Origin: Desulfatiglandales bacterium
Lineage (GTDB): Bacteria > Desulfobacterota > DSM-4660 > Desulfatiglandales > Desulfatiglandaceae
Assembly (NCBI GenBank): GCA_963662465.1
Contig: OY759599.1
Span: 896,001-960,000, forward strand
Length of the DNA: 64,000 bases
Direction: 5' to 3'
The notes beneath the pieces were generated by a model. That model did not search any database. It saw only the letters and a list, made by a program, of their open reading frames with translations, and was not told the origin of the DNA. Numbering within the stretch: the stretch's first letter is position 1; every line of letters begins with the position of its first letter. Shown piece by piece: positions 37,459-47,333 of this stretch. Position numbers and translations under genes: made by a program.

Positions 37459-39413
37459 GCGAATATCGATACCTCTTTTCCCCTCTCAAAATCGGTTCAG
37501 TGGTGGTTCCCAATCGGATCAATTTCGCGGCACACCTGACCAACCTATCCGAAGACCATCAGATTAGCGAACGTCACATTTATTACTACAGTGAACGGGC
37601 CAGAGGCGGGTGCGGCCTCATTACCACGGAAGAGCTGACGGTCCATCCGTCGGATTTGGCCTACGTAAGGCTGGTGGATGCCTTTGTTCCGGAGGTGATT
37701 CCGGGGTTTCAAAGACTCACAAGGGCTATTCACAGGTATGATACCAAAATTTTTGCCCAGTTGAATCACAACGGCATGCAGGCGGACGGCAAGATTTCAA
37801 GGCTTCCCGTGTGGGGACCCTCGCCAGGGAAAGACCCCCTCTTTCGGGAGATGGCCAAGGAGATGGAAATTGAAGATATCAAGGAGTGTATCGAATACTT
37901 CCAAAAGAGCGCGATGCATGTGGTGGAAGGGGGCTTTGACGGGATTGAGTTTCAGTTGGGACACAGTTCCCTGATCCGGCAGTTTCTCTCTCCTGCCACC
38001 AACTTCAGGGAGGATGAATATGGCGGCAGCCTGGAGAACCGCATGCGGTTCTGTTTGGAGGTGATTGAAGGGGTCCGAAAAAGCGTAGGCAAAGATTTCA
38101 CCCTGGGGGTTCGGCTCAATGCCGATGAGATGCATCCCAGGGGCGGGTTGACCATTCATGATGCCATGGAAATTGCCGGACTTCTGGAAGCCGCGGGCCT
38201 CATCGATTTTGTGGATCTGAGTCTGGGAACCTTTCACAACCTTTTTCTGGTGGAAGGGTCCATGCACACGCCGCTCGCTTACACGACGCCCCTTTCCGCC
38301 GCCATCCGTTCGGTGGTGAGCCTTCCTGTCCATGCCACCAACCGCATCAATGATCCCCACCTGGCGGAAAAGATTCTGGAAGATGGGCAGGGGGATATGA
38401 TCAACATGGTTCGCGCCCTCATTGCGGACCCGGAATTACCAAACAAGGCCATGGAGGGCCGGGAAGACGATATCCGGCAGTGCATCGCCTGCAATCAGGG
38501 GTGTATCGGTCGCATGGGGCTGGGATACACCATCGGGTGCATGCAGAGTCCCGCGGCGGGGAACGAAAAGGAATTGGGTCTTGGAACCCTTACGCCTTGT
38601 GACACACCGAAAAAAGTGGTGGTCGTTGGGGCGGGTCCTGCCGGTCTTGAAGCGGCCCGGGTGGCGGCCCTCAGAAAGCATCATGTGATTTTTTTTGAGA
38701 AAAATGATCAGGTTGGCGGACAGAATATCATCGCCGGCAAGGTGACCGGCCGCCAGGAGATTCAGGGGGTGACCCGATGGTTGCTGGGTCAGGTGGAGAA
38801 GCTGGATATGGACCTGCGCCTGGGGGTTGAAGCGGATGAGGCAATGGTCCTGGCCGAAAACCCCGATGTTGTGGTTGTAGCCACCGGTTCCACGCCCAAA
38901 CAGAACCCCATTCCCGGGAGTTACGCCTATCCAGAGGTGGTGAGTACCTGGGATGTTTTGAATGAAACCGTGGAAACTGGCGAAAAGGTGCTGCTTATCG
39001 ACCTGGATGGGCACCATCAGGGCACGGGGACGGCGGAGTTCCTGGCGGATCGGGGCAAAAAGGTTCATGTGCTGGTGCCTGCCCTGTTTCAGGGTTCGCA
39101 ACTGGGGCCCCTTCAGGACCTGTTTTTAGCCCGTCAACGCCTGGCGCGAAAGGGCGTCACCTGCACGCCGGATATCGCGGTCCTGGAAATCCAGGGCACA
39201 GTGGCCAAGGGTCTCAACGTCTACTCCAACGAGATGATGGATTTTGAAGGGTACGATACCATTGTGCTGGCAGCGGGAAACGTTTCCAATGACAATCTTT
39301 ATTTTGCTCTCAAGGGGAAGGTCAAAGAAATTTACCGGATCGGAGACTGTGTGGCGCCGCGTAAGACGGATATGGCCATTGTGGAAGGGCATCGGGTGGG
39401 AAGAAGAATATGA
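37455..39413 (+). CDS. Mycofactocin-system FadH/OYE family flavoprotein 2
   Basis: Paralog of OYE1; CIACNQGC...C 4Fe-4S motif, VVGAGPAG. Confidence 0.9.
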   Translation: MSEYRYLFSPLKIGSVVVPNRINFAAHLTNLSEDHQISERHIYYYSERARGGCGLITTEELTVHPSDLAYVRLVDAFVPEVIPGFQRLTRAIHRYDTKIFAQLNHNGMQADGKISRLPVWGPSPGKDPLFREMAKEMEIEDIKECIEYFQKSAMHVVEGGFDGIEFQLGHSSLIRQFLSPATNFREDEYGGSLENRMRFCLEVIEGVRKSVGKDFTLGVRLNADEMHPRGGLTIHDAMEIAGLLEAAGLIDFVDLSLGTFHNLFLVEGSMHTPLAYTTPLSAAIRSVVSLPVHATNRINDPHLAEKILEDGQGDMINMVRALIADPELPNKAMEGREDDIRQCIACNQGCIGRMGLGYTIGCMQSPAAGNEKELGLGTLTPCDTPKKVVVVGAGPAGLEAARVAALRKHHVIFFEKNDQVGGQNIIAGKVTGRQEIQGVTRWLLGQVEKLDMDLRLGVEADEAMVLAENPDVVVVATGSTPKQNPIPGSYAYPEVVSTWDVLNETVETGEKVLLIDLDGHHQGTGTAEFLADRGKKVHVLVPALFQGSQLGPLQDLFLARQRLARKGVTCTPDIAVLEIQGTVAKGLNVYSNEMMDFEGYDTIVLAAGNVSNDNLYFALKGKVKEIYRIGDCVAPRKTDMAIVEGHRVGRRI

Positions 39414-40435
39414 AAGCCATGTCTGAAACCCTGAACCTTTTTGATATCTGGATATTGACCGAACATCATGAGGGTGTTTTTACCGGGGATACATTCGGTC
39501 TGATTAACGAAGCCCGAAGACTGATTTGCCAATGGGAAGCACCGGGCCGGATTACGGCGGTGGTATTGGGTTGGGAACTGCCAGAAGACTTTGAAACTCT
39601 CGGATATTATGGGGTGGACCGGGTGCTGTGCTTCAAAAGTGAAACCCTTTCGTATTATCATGGGGAGCGGTTTGCGGGGGTGCTTTTCCGGTTGCTGAAT
39701 CAACATACGCCAAATGTCCTTCTGACGGTACAGCACCCGGATACGGCGGACCTCTGTGCCAGACTAGGCGCCCTGCTTGAAACCGGCGTTGTGACGCATG
39801 CCATGGATCTCAAGGTTGAAGACGAAGGGGAATGGATGGCGACCCGTCCCGTGGCCAATGGTTATCTATGTGAAGCGGTGGCGCTGGAATGCAAGCCTAC
39901 GCCCATTGTTTCATTTCTGCCCGCCGTGCTGATGCCGGCCGAAAAAATCCGGACACAAACCGCAACGGTGGAATTTATTCCCGTAGAAGAGTCCCTCGAC
40001 GGCCTGAAAACAGAGGTGGTGGAAGTGATCGAGGCCGACCCCGAGACCCTTGATATCGAAGAGGCGGATATCATCGTTTCCGGAGGACGGGGAGTCGGCA
40101 AGGGAAAAAGGTTTGATATTGTGCATGAACTGGCCCAAGCCCTGGGCGGGTCCGTGGCCGCCACCCGCCCGATCATCGATTGGCATGTGTTACCCTATGA
40201 ACGACAGATCGGCCAGACGGGCAAGACGGTGACCCCGCGCCTGATCATCAACTGCGGCATTTCAGGGGCCAATGAATATACGGCGGGCATGGAGAAGGCC
40301 CATCGGGTTGTGGCTGTCAACACCGACCCCCGGGCCAGAATATTCCGGTTTGCCGATCTGGGAATTGTAGCGGATGTCCATGACCTGCTGCCCCTTCTTA
40401 TCAACCGTATTCGCGAGATCAAAGATGCGTTGTAA
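39410..40435 (+). CDS. etfA: Electron transfer flavoprotein alpha subunit
   Basis: ADIIVSGGRG, QIGQTGKTV, GISGA and AVNTDP motifs. Confidence 0.93.
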   Translation: MKAMSETLNLFDIWILTEHHEGVFTGDTFGLINEARRLICQWEAPGRITAVVLGWELPEDFETLGYYGVDRVLCFKSETLSYYHGERFAGVLFRLLNQHTPNVLLTVQHPDTADLCARLGALLETGVVTHAMDLKVEDEGEWMATRPVANGYLCEAVALECKPTPIVSFLPAVLMPAEKIRTQTATVEFIPVEESLDGLKTEVVEVIEADPETLDIEEADIIVSGGRGVGKGKRFDIVHELAQALGGSVAATRPIIDWHVLPYERQIGQTGKTVTPRLIINCGISGANEYTAGMEKAHRVVAVNTDPRARIFRFADLGIVADVHDLLPLLINRIREIKDAL

Positions 40436-41195
40436 TGTCATAAGTTGGTATACGGTTTCACTCTTCTTCCTGCTGACGTCCGGTTTGTTTGCCTACGAAC
40501 CGGATGAATGTCTCAATTGCCACCGTGAAGGGAGCGGAAAAAGTGCGCTTCACATATCTCAGGCGCAATATGAGGGTTCGGTTCACCACAACGAGATCAC
40601 CTGCATGGATTGCCATGGAGAGGTCGTGGACGATGCCCATACGAAAAATAGAGGATCAGGGAATGTGGATTGCGGCGCGTGTCACGATCAGGTAAACCGG
40701 CACGGATTGGGGGGTACGGGCACGCGCCCCCAATGCCATTCCTGCCACACCCGACACGGCATACTGGGAAAGGACAATCCAGCATCCTCTGTGCATCCCG
40801 ACCATCTTTCCCGTACCTGCGGCCCATGCCATCCGGCCCAGACGGGCGATGCCGGTTTCCTGGCCTGGTTGCCGTCGGTCCGGATCAAAACCCACGGCAA
40901 ACAGGATTTTGCCTGTGATTTTGATGAAGCCGATTGCCTGGGGTGCCATCAGGGGCACGCCGCCCATGGTGAAGAAATGCCCCTGAACAAAAAGGATTGC
41001 CGGAAATGCCATTTCCCCGCAAATAATCGGGCGGGCGTTATGGGTAGTATCCACCCGAAACCCAAAGGCAAAAAAGATACCATTGACATCATCGCCGGGG
41101 CGGTTTACGGGGTAGCCGTCGCTTTTCTCCTGATTGGCGGTTGCTGTTTTTATACGCGCCGATTTTCAGGAAAAGCTGGAAAAGGGAGGGGATGA
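40425..41195 (+). CDS. Membrane-anchored multiheme cytochrome c (7 CxxCH)
   Basis: CLNCH, CMDCH, CGACH, CHSCH, CGPCH, CLGCH, CRKCH; N-terminal signal peptide and C-terminal TM helix. Confidence 0.92.
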   Translation: MRCNVISWYTVSLFFLLTSGLFAYEPDECLNCHREGSGKSALHISQAQYEGSVHHNEITCMDCHGEVVDDAHTKNRGSGNVDCGACHDQVNRHGLGGTGTRPQCHSCHTRHGILGKDNPASSVHPDHLSRTCGPCHPAQTGDAGFLAWLPSVRIKTHGKQDFACDFDEADCLGCHQGHAAHGEEMPLNKKDCRKCHFPANNRAGVMGSIHPKPKGKKDTIDIIAGAVYGVAVAFLLIGGCCFYTRRFSGKAGKGRG

Positions 41196-41196
41196 T

Positions 41197-43050
41197 TTGT
41201 TGTTAACCGCTTTTGATCTGCTCCTGATGGGTATTTCCCTGGTTATTTTTCTGACAGGCATGGCGAAGCTGAAGCGTTCATGGCGCATGGGGCGTACGGA
41301 AGATTGCGACCGGGATTTGAAAGGCCTCTTCGTTTACCTGCTGGGGCACCGAAAGATCCTTCAGAATCCTCCGAAAGGTATGGCCCATATGCTGGTATTC
41401 TGGGGGTTCCTCTTTTCCCTGTTGATGGGCATTCTGCCCCAGTTCGGGGTTTCGCTGCCGCCGTTTCCGGCAGGGCTGCTGTCTCTTTTGAGCGATCTTT
41501 CGGGACTGGCCCTCTTGCTGGGTCTTGTCTATTTTCTTATAAGGCGGCTCAAAAGCGATGCCCCGACCGGGAGAGTCCTATTGCCCGTGATGCTTCTTCT
41601 GGTGATGGTGTTGAGCGGCTTTCTCGCTGAAGGGGTACGCCTTTCCATCATGGAAACGCAGTGGCACTGGCGCACCCCAGTGGGCGGGTTGCTGGCCCTG
41701 GCCATATGCCCTTCCCCCCTGTTCATGCAGGTCATGATTCGGGTTCATTTCTTTACGTTGCTCATTTTTATTGCCATCCTTCCCTTTTCCTTCATGCGAC
41801 ACCTGATTTCAGGAAGCCTGAATGTGGTCTACCGGCAAAAACGGCCGCGGGGCGCAATGCGGGGGATGGACCTGGAGGACAGGGTCGGCGCTCAATCGGT
41901 CGGAGATTTCACCTGGAAGCAGCTTTTGGATGTGCAGGCCTGTATGTCCTGCGGGCGTTGCGACGAGGCCTGTCCCGCGGCCATATCCGGCAAGCCTCTT
42001 TCCCCCCGTCAGGTCATGGGGGGGATCTATGACCTTGTCTGCAAATCCTCTTCCGCCCCCCTTGAAAATACCGTTTCATCCGATGCCCTGTGGGCCTGTA
42101 CCACCTGTATGGCCTGCGTGGTCCGGTGTCCGGTGTATGCGAGCCCCATGGACAAACTCATGGACTTGAGACGCGCCGAGGTCATGGGGAAGGGCCTTTT
42201 ACCCGAAGCCGCCATGGGCATGATGCGGGATCTGGAAATTTACGGGGATGTGAATGGTAAAGGGTCGGCCCATCGGGAAGACTGGGCCATGCACCTGGGG
42301 GTTCCCCATATATCCGAAGAAGGGTTGGAAATCCTTTTATGGGTGGGATGCTCCGGCGCCTTTCATCCTCGATACCAGGAGACCTGTCGCGCCATGGTGC
42401 GGATTCTTCAGGCGGGCGGGGTGCGCTTCGGTATTCTGGGTCGGGAAGAATCCTGCTGCGGGGATGGGGCCAGGCGGCTGGGAAATGAGACCCTGTTCCA
42501 GACCCTTGCAAAAAAAAATATGGCAGTCTTTAAAAAATACCATATTCAAAAAATTGTCTGTCTCTGCCCCCACGGGTATAATACCCTCAAAAACGAATAT
42601 CCCGGCGATTTTGAAGTTTTTCATGCCGTTCCCTTTGTGCTGGACCTGATCAAACAACAACGAATTGCTCCGAAATATCCGGTGAATAAACGGATGGCCA
42701 TTCACGATCCCTGTTATCTGGGTCGGGTCAACGGGATATACGATTCCTTGAGGGACGCCGCCGCGAGTGTTCCCGGCATTGAACTTCGGGAACTGACGCG
42801 AAACCGGGAAAACGCCCTCTGTTGCGGCGGTGGGGGCGGCCGTATGTGGCTCCATGAGAGCATGGGGCAAAACATCAACCGGCTTCGGGCCGAAGATGTG
42901 GCTGAAGCGGGGGTGAACCTGGTGGCAACCGCCTGTCCTTACTGTCTGACCATGCTGGAAGACGGTATTAACGCACTGGAGATGGAAAATCCTCCCCGGG
43001 TCATGGACCTGGTGGAGATTGTCGATGCCGCCCTGGGTCGGGTCTACTGA
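41197..43050 (+). CDS. Membrane Fe-S oxidoreductase (NarI-like TM, two 4Fe-4S, two CCG domains), ETF:quinone oxidoreductase-like
   Basis: ~5 TM helices with His; CMSCGRCDEACP and CTTCMACVVRCP; ESCCG, HDPCYLGR and CCGGGGG. Confidence 0.88.
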   Translation: MLLTAFDLLLMGISLVIFLTGMAKLKRSWRMGRTEDCDRDLKGLFVYLLGHRKILQNPPKGMAHMLVFWGFLFSLLMGILPQFGVSLPPFPAGLLSLLSDLSGLALLLGLVYFLIRRLKSDAPTGRVLLPVMLLLVMVLSGFLAEGVRLSIMETQWHWRTPVGGLLALAICPSPLFMQVMIRVHFFTLLIFIAILPFSFMRHLISGSLNVVYRQKRPRGAMRGMDLEDRVGAQSVGDFTWKQLLDVQACMSCGRCDEACPAAISGKPLSPRQVMGGIYDLVCKSSSAPLENTVSSDALWACTTCMACVVRCPVYASPMDKLMDLRRAEVMGKGLLPEAAMGMMRDLEIYGDVNGKGSAHREDWAMHLGVPHISEEGLEILLWVGCSGAFHPRYQETCRAMVRILQAGGVRFGILGREESCCGDGARRLGNETLFQTLAKKNMAVFKKYHIQKIVCLCPHGYNTLKNEYPGDFEVFHAVPFVLDLIKQQRIAPKYPVNKRMAIHDPCYLGRVNGIYDSLRDAAASVPGIELRELTRNRENALCCGGGGGRMWLHESMGQNINRLRAEDVAEAGVNLVATACPYCLTMLEDGINALEMENPPRVMDLVEIVDAALGRVY

Positions 43051-43067
43051 TGGGCAAAAGGGATATT

Positions 43068-43940
43068 ATGCGAATTATCGTTTGCGTCAAGCAGATCGCT
43101 CATACCTACGCCAGAACCGGAAAAGAGACTGACCGGAACTATCTGTCCTCTGACGATGTGGTGTTCCGGATTAACCCTTATGATGAACTGGCCGTAGGCG
43201 CCGCGTTGCATGCCAGAGACCTGGCGGGCGGCGGCCACATCAGCCTGCTGACCCTGGGACCCATCATTGCGGAGGCGGAACTGAGAAGATGTATGGCCCT
43301 GGGGGCGGATGAGTTGTACCAGATCCATATGGACGCGAAATTAGATCCGTGGCAAAAGTCCGTTTTTCTGGCCCAAGCCATTGAGAAAATCGGCGCCGAT
43401 CTGGTACTCTGCGGCAAGGAAAGCCTGGATACCCGAAACGGGCAGGTGGGCGCTTTGCTGGGGTGCCACCTGAACCGGCCTTTTATTGCCGGCATACGGG
43501 ATTTTCATGGGGTATCGAAGAAAGACGGTTTCCTGGTTGAGCGGAGTGCGGGCCGGGGAAAACGGGAAAGGGTCAAATGTATGTTGCCGGCCGTGTGCAG
43601 CGTGGATGCGGGCGGTATTCTGTTGCCGGTTCCCACCTGTGATGCAATGGAAAAAAGTCAAACCCTCCCGGTTCAAAAACTGATATTCGGTGAAAATGCG
43701 GTTCGTCCCAAGGTCGTCCGCATGAGCCTCTATCCGCCCCGTCCCCGCCCGAAGGCTCCGTCTCCCCCGGATAGCCGGCTTCAATCTTATGATCGGACAA
43801 GACAGCTTTTGACCGGCAGCCGCGTTGAAAAAAAGGGCGAGATGCTGACGGGAAGTTTTGGCGCCCAGGTGGAGGGGCTCATCTCTTTCCTTCAATCCAA
43901 CGATTTCCTGGAATCCCCAGAGAAAAAATCCGGGGGTTGA
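43068..43940 (+). CDS. etfB: Electron transfer flavoprotein beta subunit
   Basis: MRIIVCVKQ, INPYDE, ALGAD and DLVLCGKES.D..GQVG motifs. Confidence 0.92.
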   Translation: MRIIVCVKQIAHTYARTGKETDRNYLSSDDVVFRINPYDELAVGAALHARDLAGGGHISLLTLGPIIAEAELRRCMALGADELYQIHMDAKLDPWQKSVFLAQAIEKIGADLVLCGKESLDTRNGQVGALLGCHLNRPFIAGIRDFHGVSKKDGFLVERSAGRGKRERVKCMLPAVCSVDAGGILLPVPTCDAMEKSQTLPVQKLIFGENAVRPKVVRMSLYPPRPRPKAPSPPDSRLQSYDRTRQLLTGSRVEKKGEMLTGSFGAQVEGLISFLQSNDFLESPEKKSGG

Positions 43941-43947
43941 TCGTTTG

Positions 43948-45435
43948 ATGCAAGGGCAATGGCAACCCCCCCTCGGCTACCGTCTGGCCAAAGGCGTTAC
44001 CCGGCATGAAAAAAATGACGGAATTTTTCTGCTCCTGGGTTTCCCCCTCAAAAGCCTCTCCCTTCATCCCGCGTGGAAGGGTATTATCCGCTGCCTGTCC
44101 GGACGCGATTACGTGGCCTTTCAGCAACTACTCCCCCTGATTGAAAACGTGGATGCCGATCGGGTGGAATCTATGCTGAACGATCTGGTGCTAAAAGGTT
44201 TCCTGGAGCAGCAGGGTATTCCGGCCCTTTCCGAATTGCCGATGGTATCCATTATCATCCCGGTCAGGAATCGGCCCGAAGAGATCAGCGCATGCCTCAA
44301 ATCCCTGGAAGATCTGGATTACCCGGCAAACCGACTTGAAACCATCGTGGTGGACGACGCTTCAACGGACCACACACCGGAAATTGTATCCGGATTTCCG
44401 GTTCGTCTCATTCGTCTTGAAAATAATCAGCAGGCCCCCTTTTGTCGTAACCTGGCTGCCGGGGAAGCCAAAGGTGAGATCCTGGCCTTCGTGGACTCCG
44501 ATTGCCTGGTGGATCCGCTTTGGTTAAAAGAGCTTCTGCCCACGTTCAAGGCTGCGTCCGTGGGCGCCGTGGGCGGCAGAGTTGCGTCATATTTCAACAC
44601 ATCGGGGCTGGATTGTTACGAAGCGGCGAACTCTTCTCTGATCATGGGGCGGCATGCCATGCGGTCCCAGGAAAGAGATACCGCCTTTTACGTGCCTTCC
44701 TGCAACCTGCTGGTGAGGCGAAGTTTATTTCTGGGAATGGATGGGTTCCGGGAAGAACTGGTGGTGGGGGAGGATGTGGATCTTTGCTGGCGAATACAGG
44801 ACCATGGTCTTCATGTGGCGTTTCAACCCGTGGGAAAGGTTTTCCACAAACACCGGAACCGCCTGATCCCGTTTTGCGGGAGACGGTTTGATTACGGCAC
44901 CTCTGAGCCGCTGCTTCAGAAACTGCACAAAAAGAGAAGCAAGAAAATGGTCTTTCCCGTGGGGGGATCTTTTTTTCTGGCTTTGGGAATCCTTGCCATG
45001 ATGACGGCCTCTCCCATGTTGCTGATTCCATGTGGTGCCATATCCATTGGGGATGCTTTGAACCGGTGGTGCATTGTTAGAAAAAAGGGTGTGCCGGTGG
45101 GCGTCATGTCCATTCTGCTTGCGGTTTTAAGGGAGTATTTTTCTTTTGCCTATCATTTATGCGCTTTTGCATCCCGGTATTATCTGATTTGGGCTATTTT
45201 GCTTTTACCCCTTTTCCAGACGGCTTCAATGGTCATTATGACCATGCACCTGGTTGTGGGAATCGTGGGCTATGTCATCAAAAAGCCTCAGCTGAATCCT
45301 TTTTCTTTTCTATTTTACTTCACCCTTGACCAGCTTTCCTACCAGTCTGGCGTCTGGTGGGGATGTTTCAGGCATCGCGCTTTCGGGTCGGTGAATCCAA
45401 AACTGGTTTGGTCGGCATTTTCCGGGAAAAGTTGA
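43948..45435 (+). CDS. mftF: Mycofactocin glycosyltransferase (GT2)
   Basis: L.GFPL N-terminus, IIPVRNR, VDDAS, FVDSDC, SSLIMG, YVPSCNLLVRR, VGEDVDLCWR, RFDYGTSE; GVWWGC C-terminus. Confidence 0.9.
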   Translation: MQGQWQPPLGYRLAKGVTRHEKNDGIFLLLGFPLKSLSLHPAWKGIIRCLSGRDYVAFQQLLPLIENVDADRVESMLNDLVLKGFLEQQGIPALSELPMVSIIIPVRNRPEEISACLKSLEDLDYPANRLETIVVDDASTDHTPEIVSGFPVRLIRLENNQQAPFCRNLAAGEAKGEILAFVDSDCLVDPLWLKELLPTFKAASVGAVGGRVASYFNTSGLDCYEAANSSLIMGRHAMRSQERDTAFYVPSCNLLVRRSLFLGMDGFREELVVGEDVDLCWRIQDHGLHVAFQPVGKVFHKHRNRLIPFCGRRFDYGTSEPLLQKLHKKRSKKMVFPVGGSFFLALGILAMMTASPMLLIPCGAISIGDALNRWCIVRKKGVPVGVMSILLAVLREYFSFAYHLCAFASRYYLIWAILLLPLFQTASMVIMTMHLVVGIVGYVIKKPQLNPFSFLFYFTLDQLSYQSGVWWGCFRHRAFGSVNPKLVWSAFSGKS

Positions 45436-45461
45436 ATCAAAATGGATGATAGGAGAAACCG

Positions 45462-46610
45462 ATGAGTGATTCTCTCTTGAAACTAGCAGGGCATCTGGCA
45501 TTGAACGGCCTTCGTTTCCAATATCTTAAACGAACCGGACATCCCGGAAAACCGCAGGCTTTAAGCCTTGAGGTGACGCATCATTGCATTGCAAAGTGTA
45601 TGATGTGCAACATCTGGAAAATTCCCAATTATGTGAAGGATCTGCCGTTGGCTCACTGGGTCAATCTCCTGTCATCAAATCTATTTTCGGATTTGAGAGA
45701 ATTGGATATTACCGGCGGCGAGCCGTTTCTGCGAAAAGACCTTCCCGATCTTTTGGGTGAAATTTGTCGTTTGAAGAATGAAAATCTTCGTAAACTCAGA
45801 AGCATCGCGGTGACCACCAACGGCCTGCTGACCGAACGCGTACCGGATGCCGTCGAAACCATTCTCAAAGACCTGAAAGTGGCTGGTTTGGATCTGGTGG
45901 TGGTATGCGCCATGGACGGCATCGGGGACATCCATGACCGCATCAGGAATTTCAAGGATGCATGGAAAAAGGTCAATGAAACAATTCAGAGGCTGAAAGA
46001 ACTGCGCAAGTCATATCCCAACCTGATTATCGGTCTAAAAACAACCATTTTGCCCATCAATGTGGACGCATTGGCGGACATCTCCCGTTATGCAAATGAA
46101 AACGGGCTGTTTACCATCATCTCCCCCTGTATTATTACCCGGGAGCGCTACTTGAACCCGGATCGGGCTGTCGATCTGGTGTTTACCGAGGAAATGAAAC
46201 AGAAGGCGGCGGACTTTTTCAGAACCGATCTTTCCCGCTGGAGCTATCATGCGGAGGCCCTGGTTCGATATTTTGAAACAGGCGTTATGGAAAAACCTTG
46301 TACCTGCGGATTTAACTATTTCTTTGTGCGAAGTACGGGGCGGGTGTTACTATGTCCCCTCATCGACAGCAGTCCCGGCAACATTCAAGATCAATCCGTG
46401 GACGATATTTTCCGGTCGGAAGAGGCGTTCCGCATACGCCGGAGAATCGGCTGTTATCCCGAATGCCGCCAATGTACGGAACCCGGGCTTGAGCGCTATG
46501 CTCTGCCATATGAAGGGTTCAAATATCTTTCCATGCTTTTGAAAGAGGGAAAAGATTCATTCTTGAGTTTACACCAGCATATGGGGCTTGGGAAATATTT
46601 TGGGTCATGA
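45462..46610 (+). CDS. Radical SAM protein with twitch/SPASM-like C-terminus
   Basis: CIAKCMMCNIW, TGGEPF, PCTCG...G.V.LC, CRQCTE. Confidence 0.88.
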   Translation: MSDSLLKLAGHLALNGLRFQYLKRTGHPGKPQALSLEVTHHCIAKCMMCNIWKIPNYVKDLPLAHWVNLLSSNLFSDLRELDITGGEPFLRKDLPDLLGEICRLKNENLRKLRSIAVTTNGLLTERVPDAVETILKDLKVAGLDLVVVCAMDGIGDIHDRIRNFKDAWKKVNETIQRLKELRKSYPNLIIGLKTTILPINVDALADISRYANENGLFTIISPCIITRERYLNPDRAVDLVFTEEMKQKAADFFRTDLSRWSYHAEALVRYFETGVMEKPCTCGFNYFFVRSTGRVLLCPLIDSSPGNIQDQSVDDIFRSEEAFRIRRRIGCYPECRQCTEPGLERYALPYEGFKYLSMLLKEGKDSFLSLHQHMGLGKYFGS

Positions 46611-47333
46611 GATAATTTCAACGGGCAGCCTGATTACAAATTTTGCGCCTTTGCCGGGGCTTGATTCAACGGTCATTTCGCCCGAATGGTTTTCGGTGAT
46701 AATAAAATAGGATACGCTCAGTCCAAGGCCGGTGCCCACGCCCACGGGTTTGGTGGTATAAAAGGGTTCGAAAACCCGCTTGCGGGTGGTTTCATTCATG
46801 CCGGGTCCGTTGTCCTCAATTTCCATGCAAACCCTTTTGCGCTCTTTTTCGAACCGTGTTCGGATAATCAATCGAGGCTTCCCGATTCCCCCTTCCTGCA
46901 TGGCCTGGGCGCCGTTGCGCAGGACGTTGAGCAAAACCTGCTGGATCTTGGCCCCCTCACAGGGCACGAGGGGCAGATTGTTTTCATACTCTTTTTTAAC
47001 CGTAATGCGTTTAAAGTCGTACTGCTTTTTCAAGTCATAGTTGGTAGCGGCCAGTTCCAGTGTTTTTTCAATGAGGTCCGTGAGATCTTGGGAAGATGCG
47101 GCAGCCTCGCTCTTGCGGGCAAAACTGAGCATGTTGCTCACAATGGAGACGATTCGACGGCCTGATCCCATGATGGTCGTAATCATGGCGGGGATGCCCC
47201 TGGCCTCCATGAAATTTCGAATGGTTTCCATGGTGACGCCTGCCGCTTCCGCGGCCTTGAGATTGGCAGGCATGTTTATGCTTTTGTACAGGCGGTTTGC
47301 CATAACATCGGCATTCTGCATGATGCTGGCCAG
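46605..47333 (-). pseudogene. Histidine kinase C-terminal fragment (H-box and sensor domains missing)
   Basis: IQQVLLNVLRNG, DNGPGM and FEPFYTTKPVGVGTGLGL; begins just after where HEINNP should be. Confidence 0.8.
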
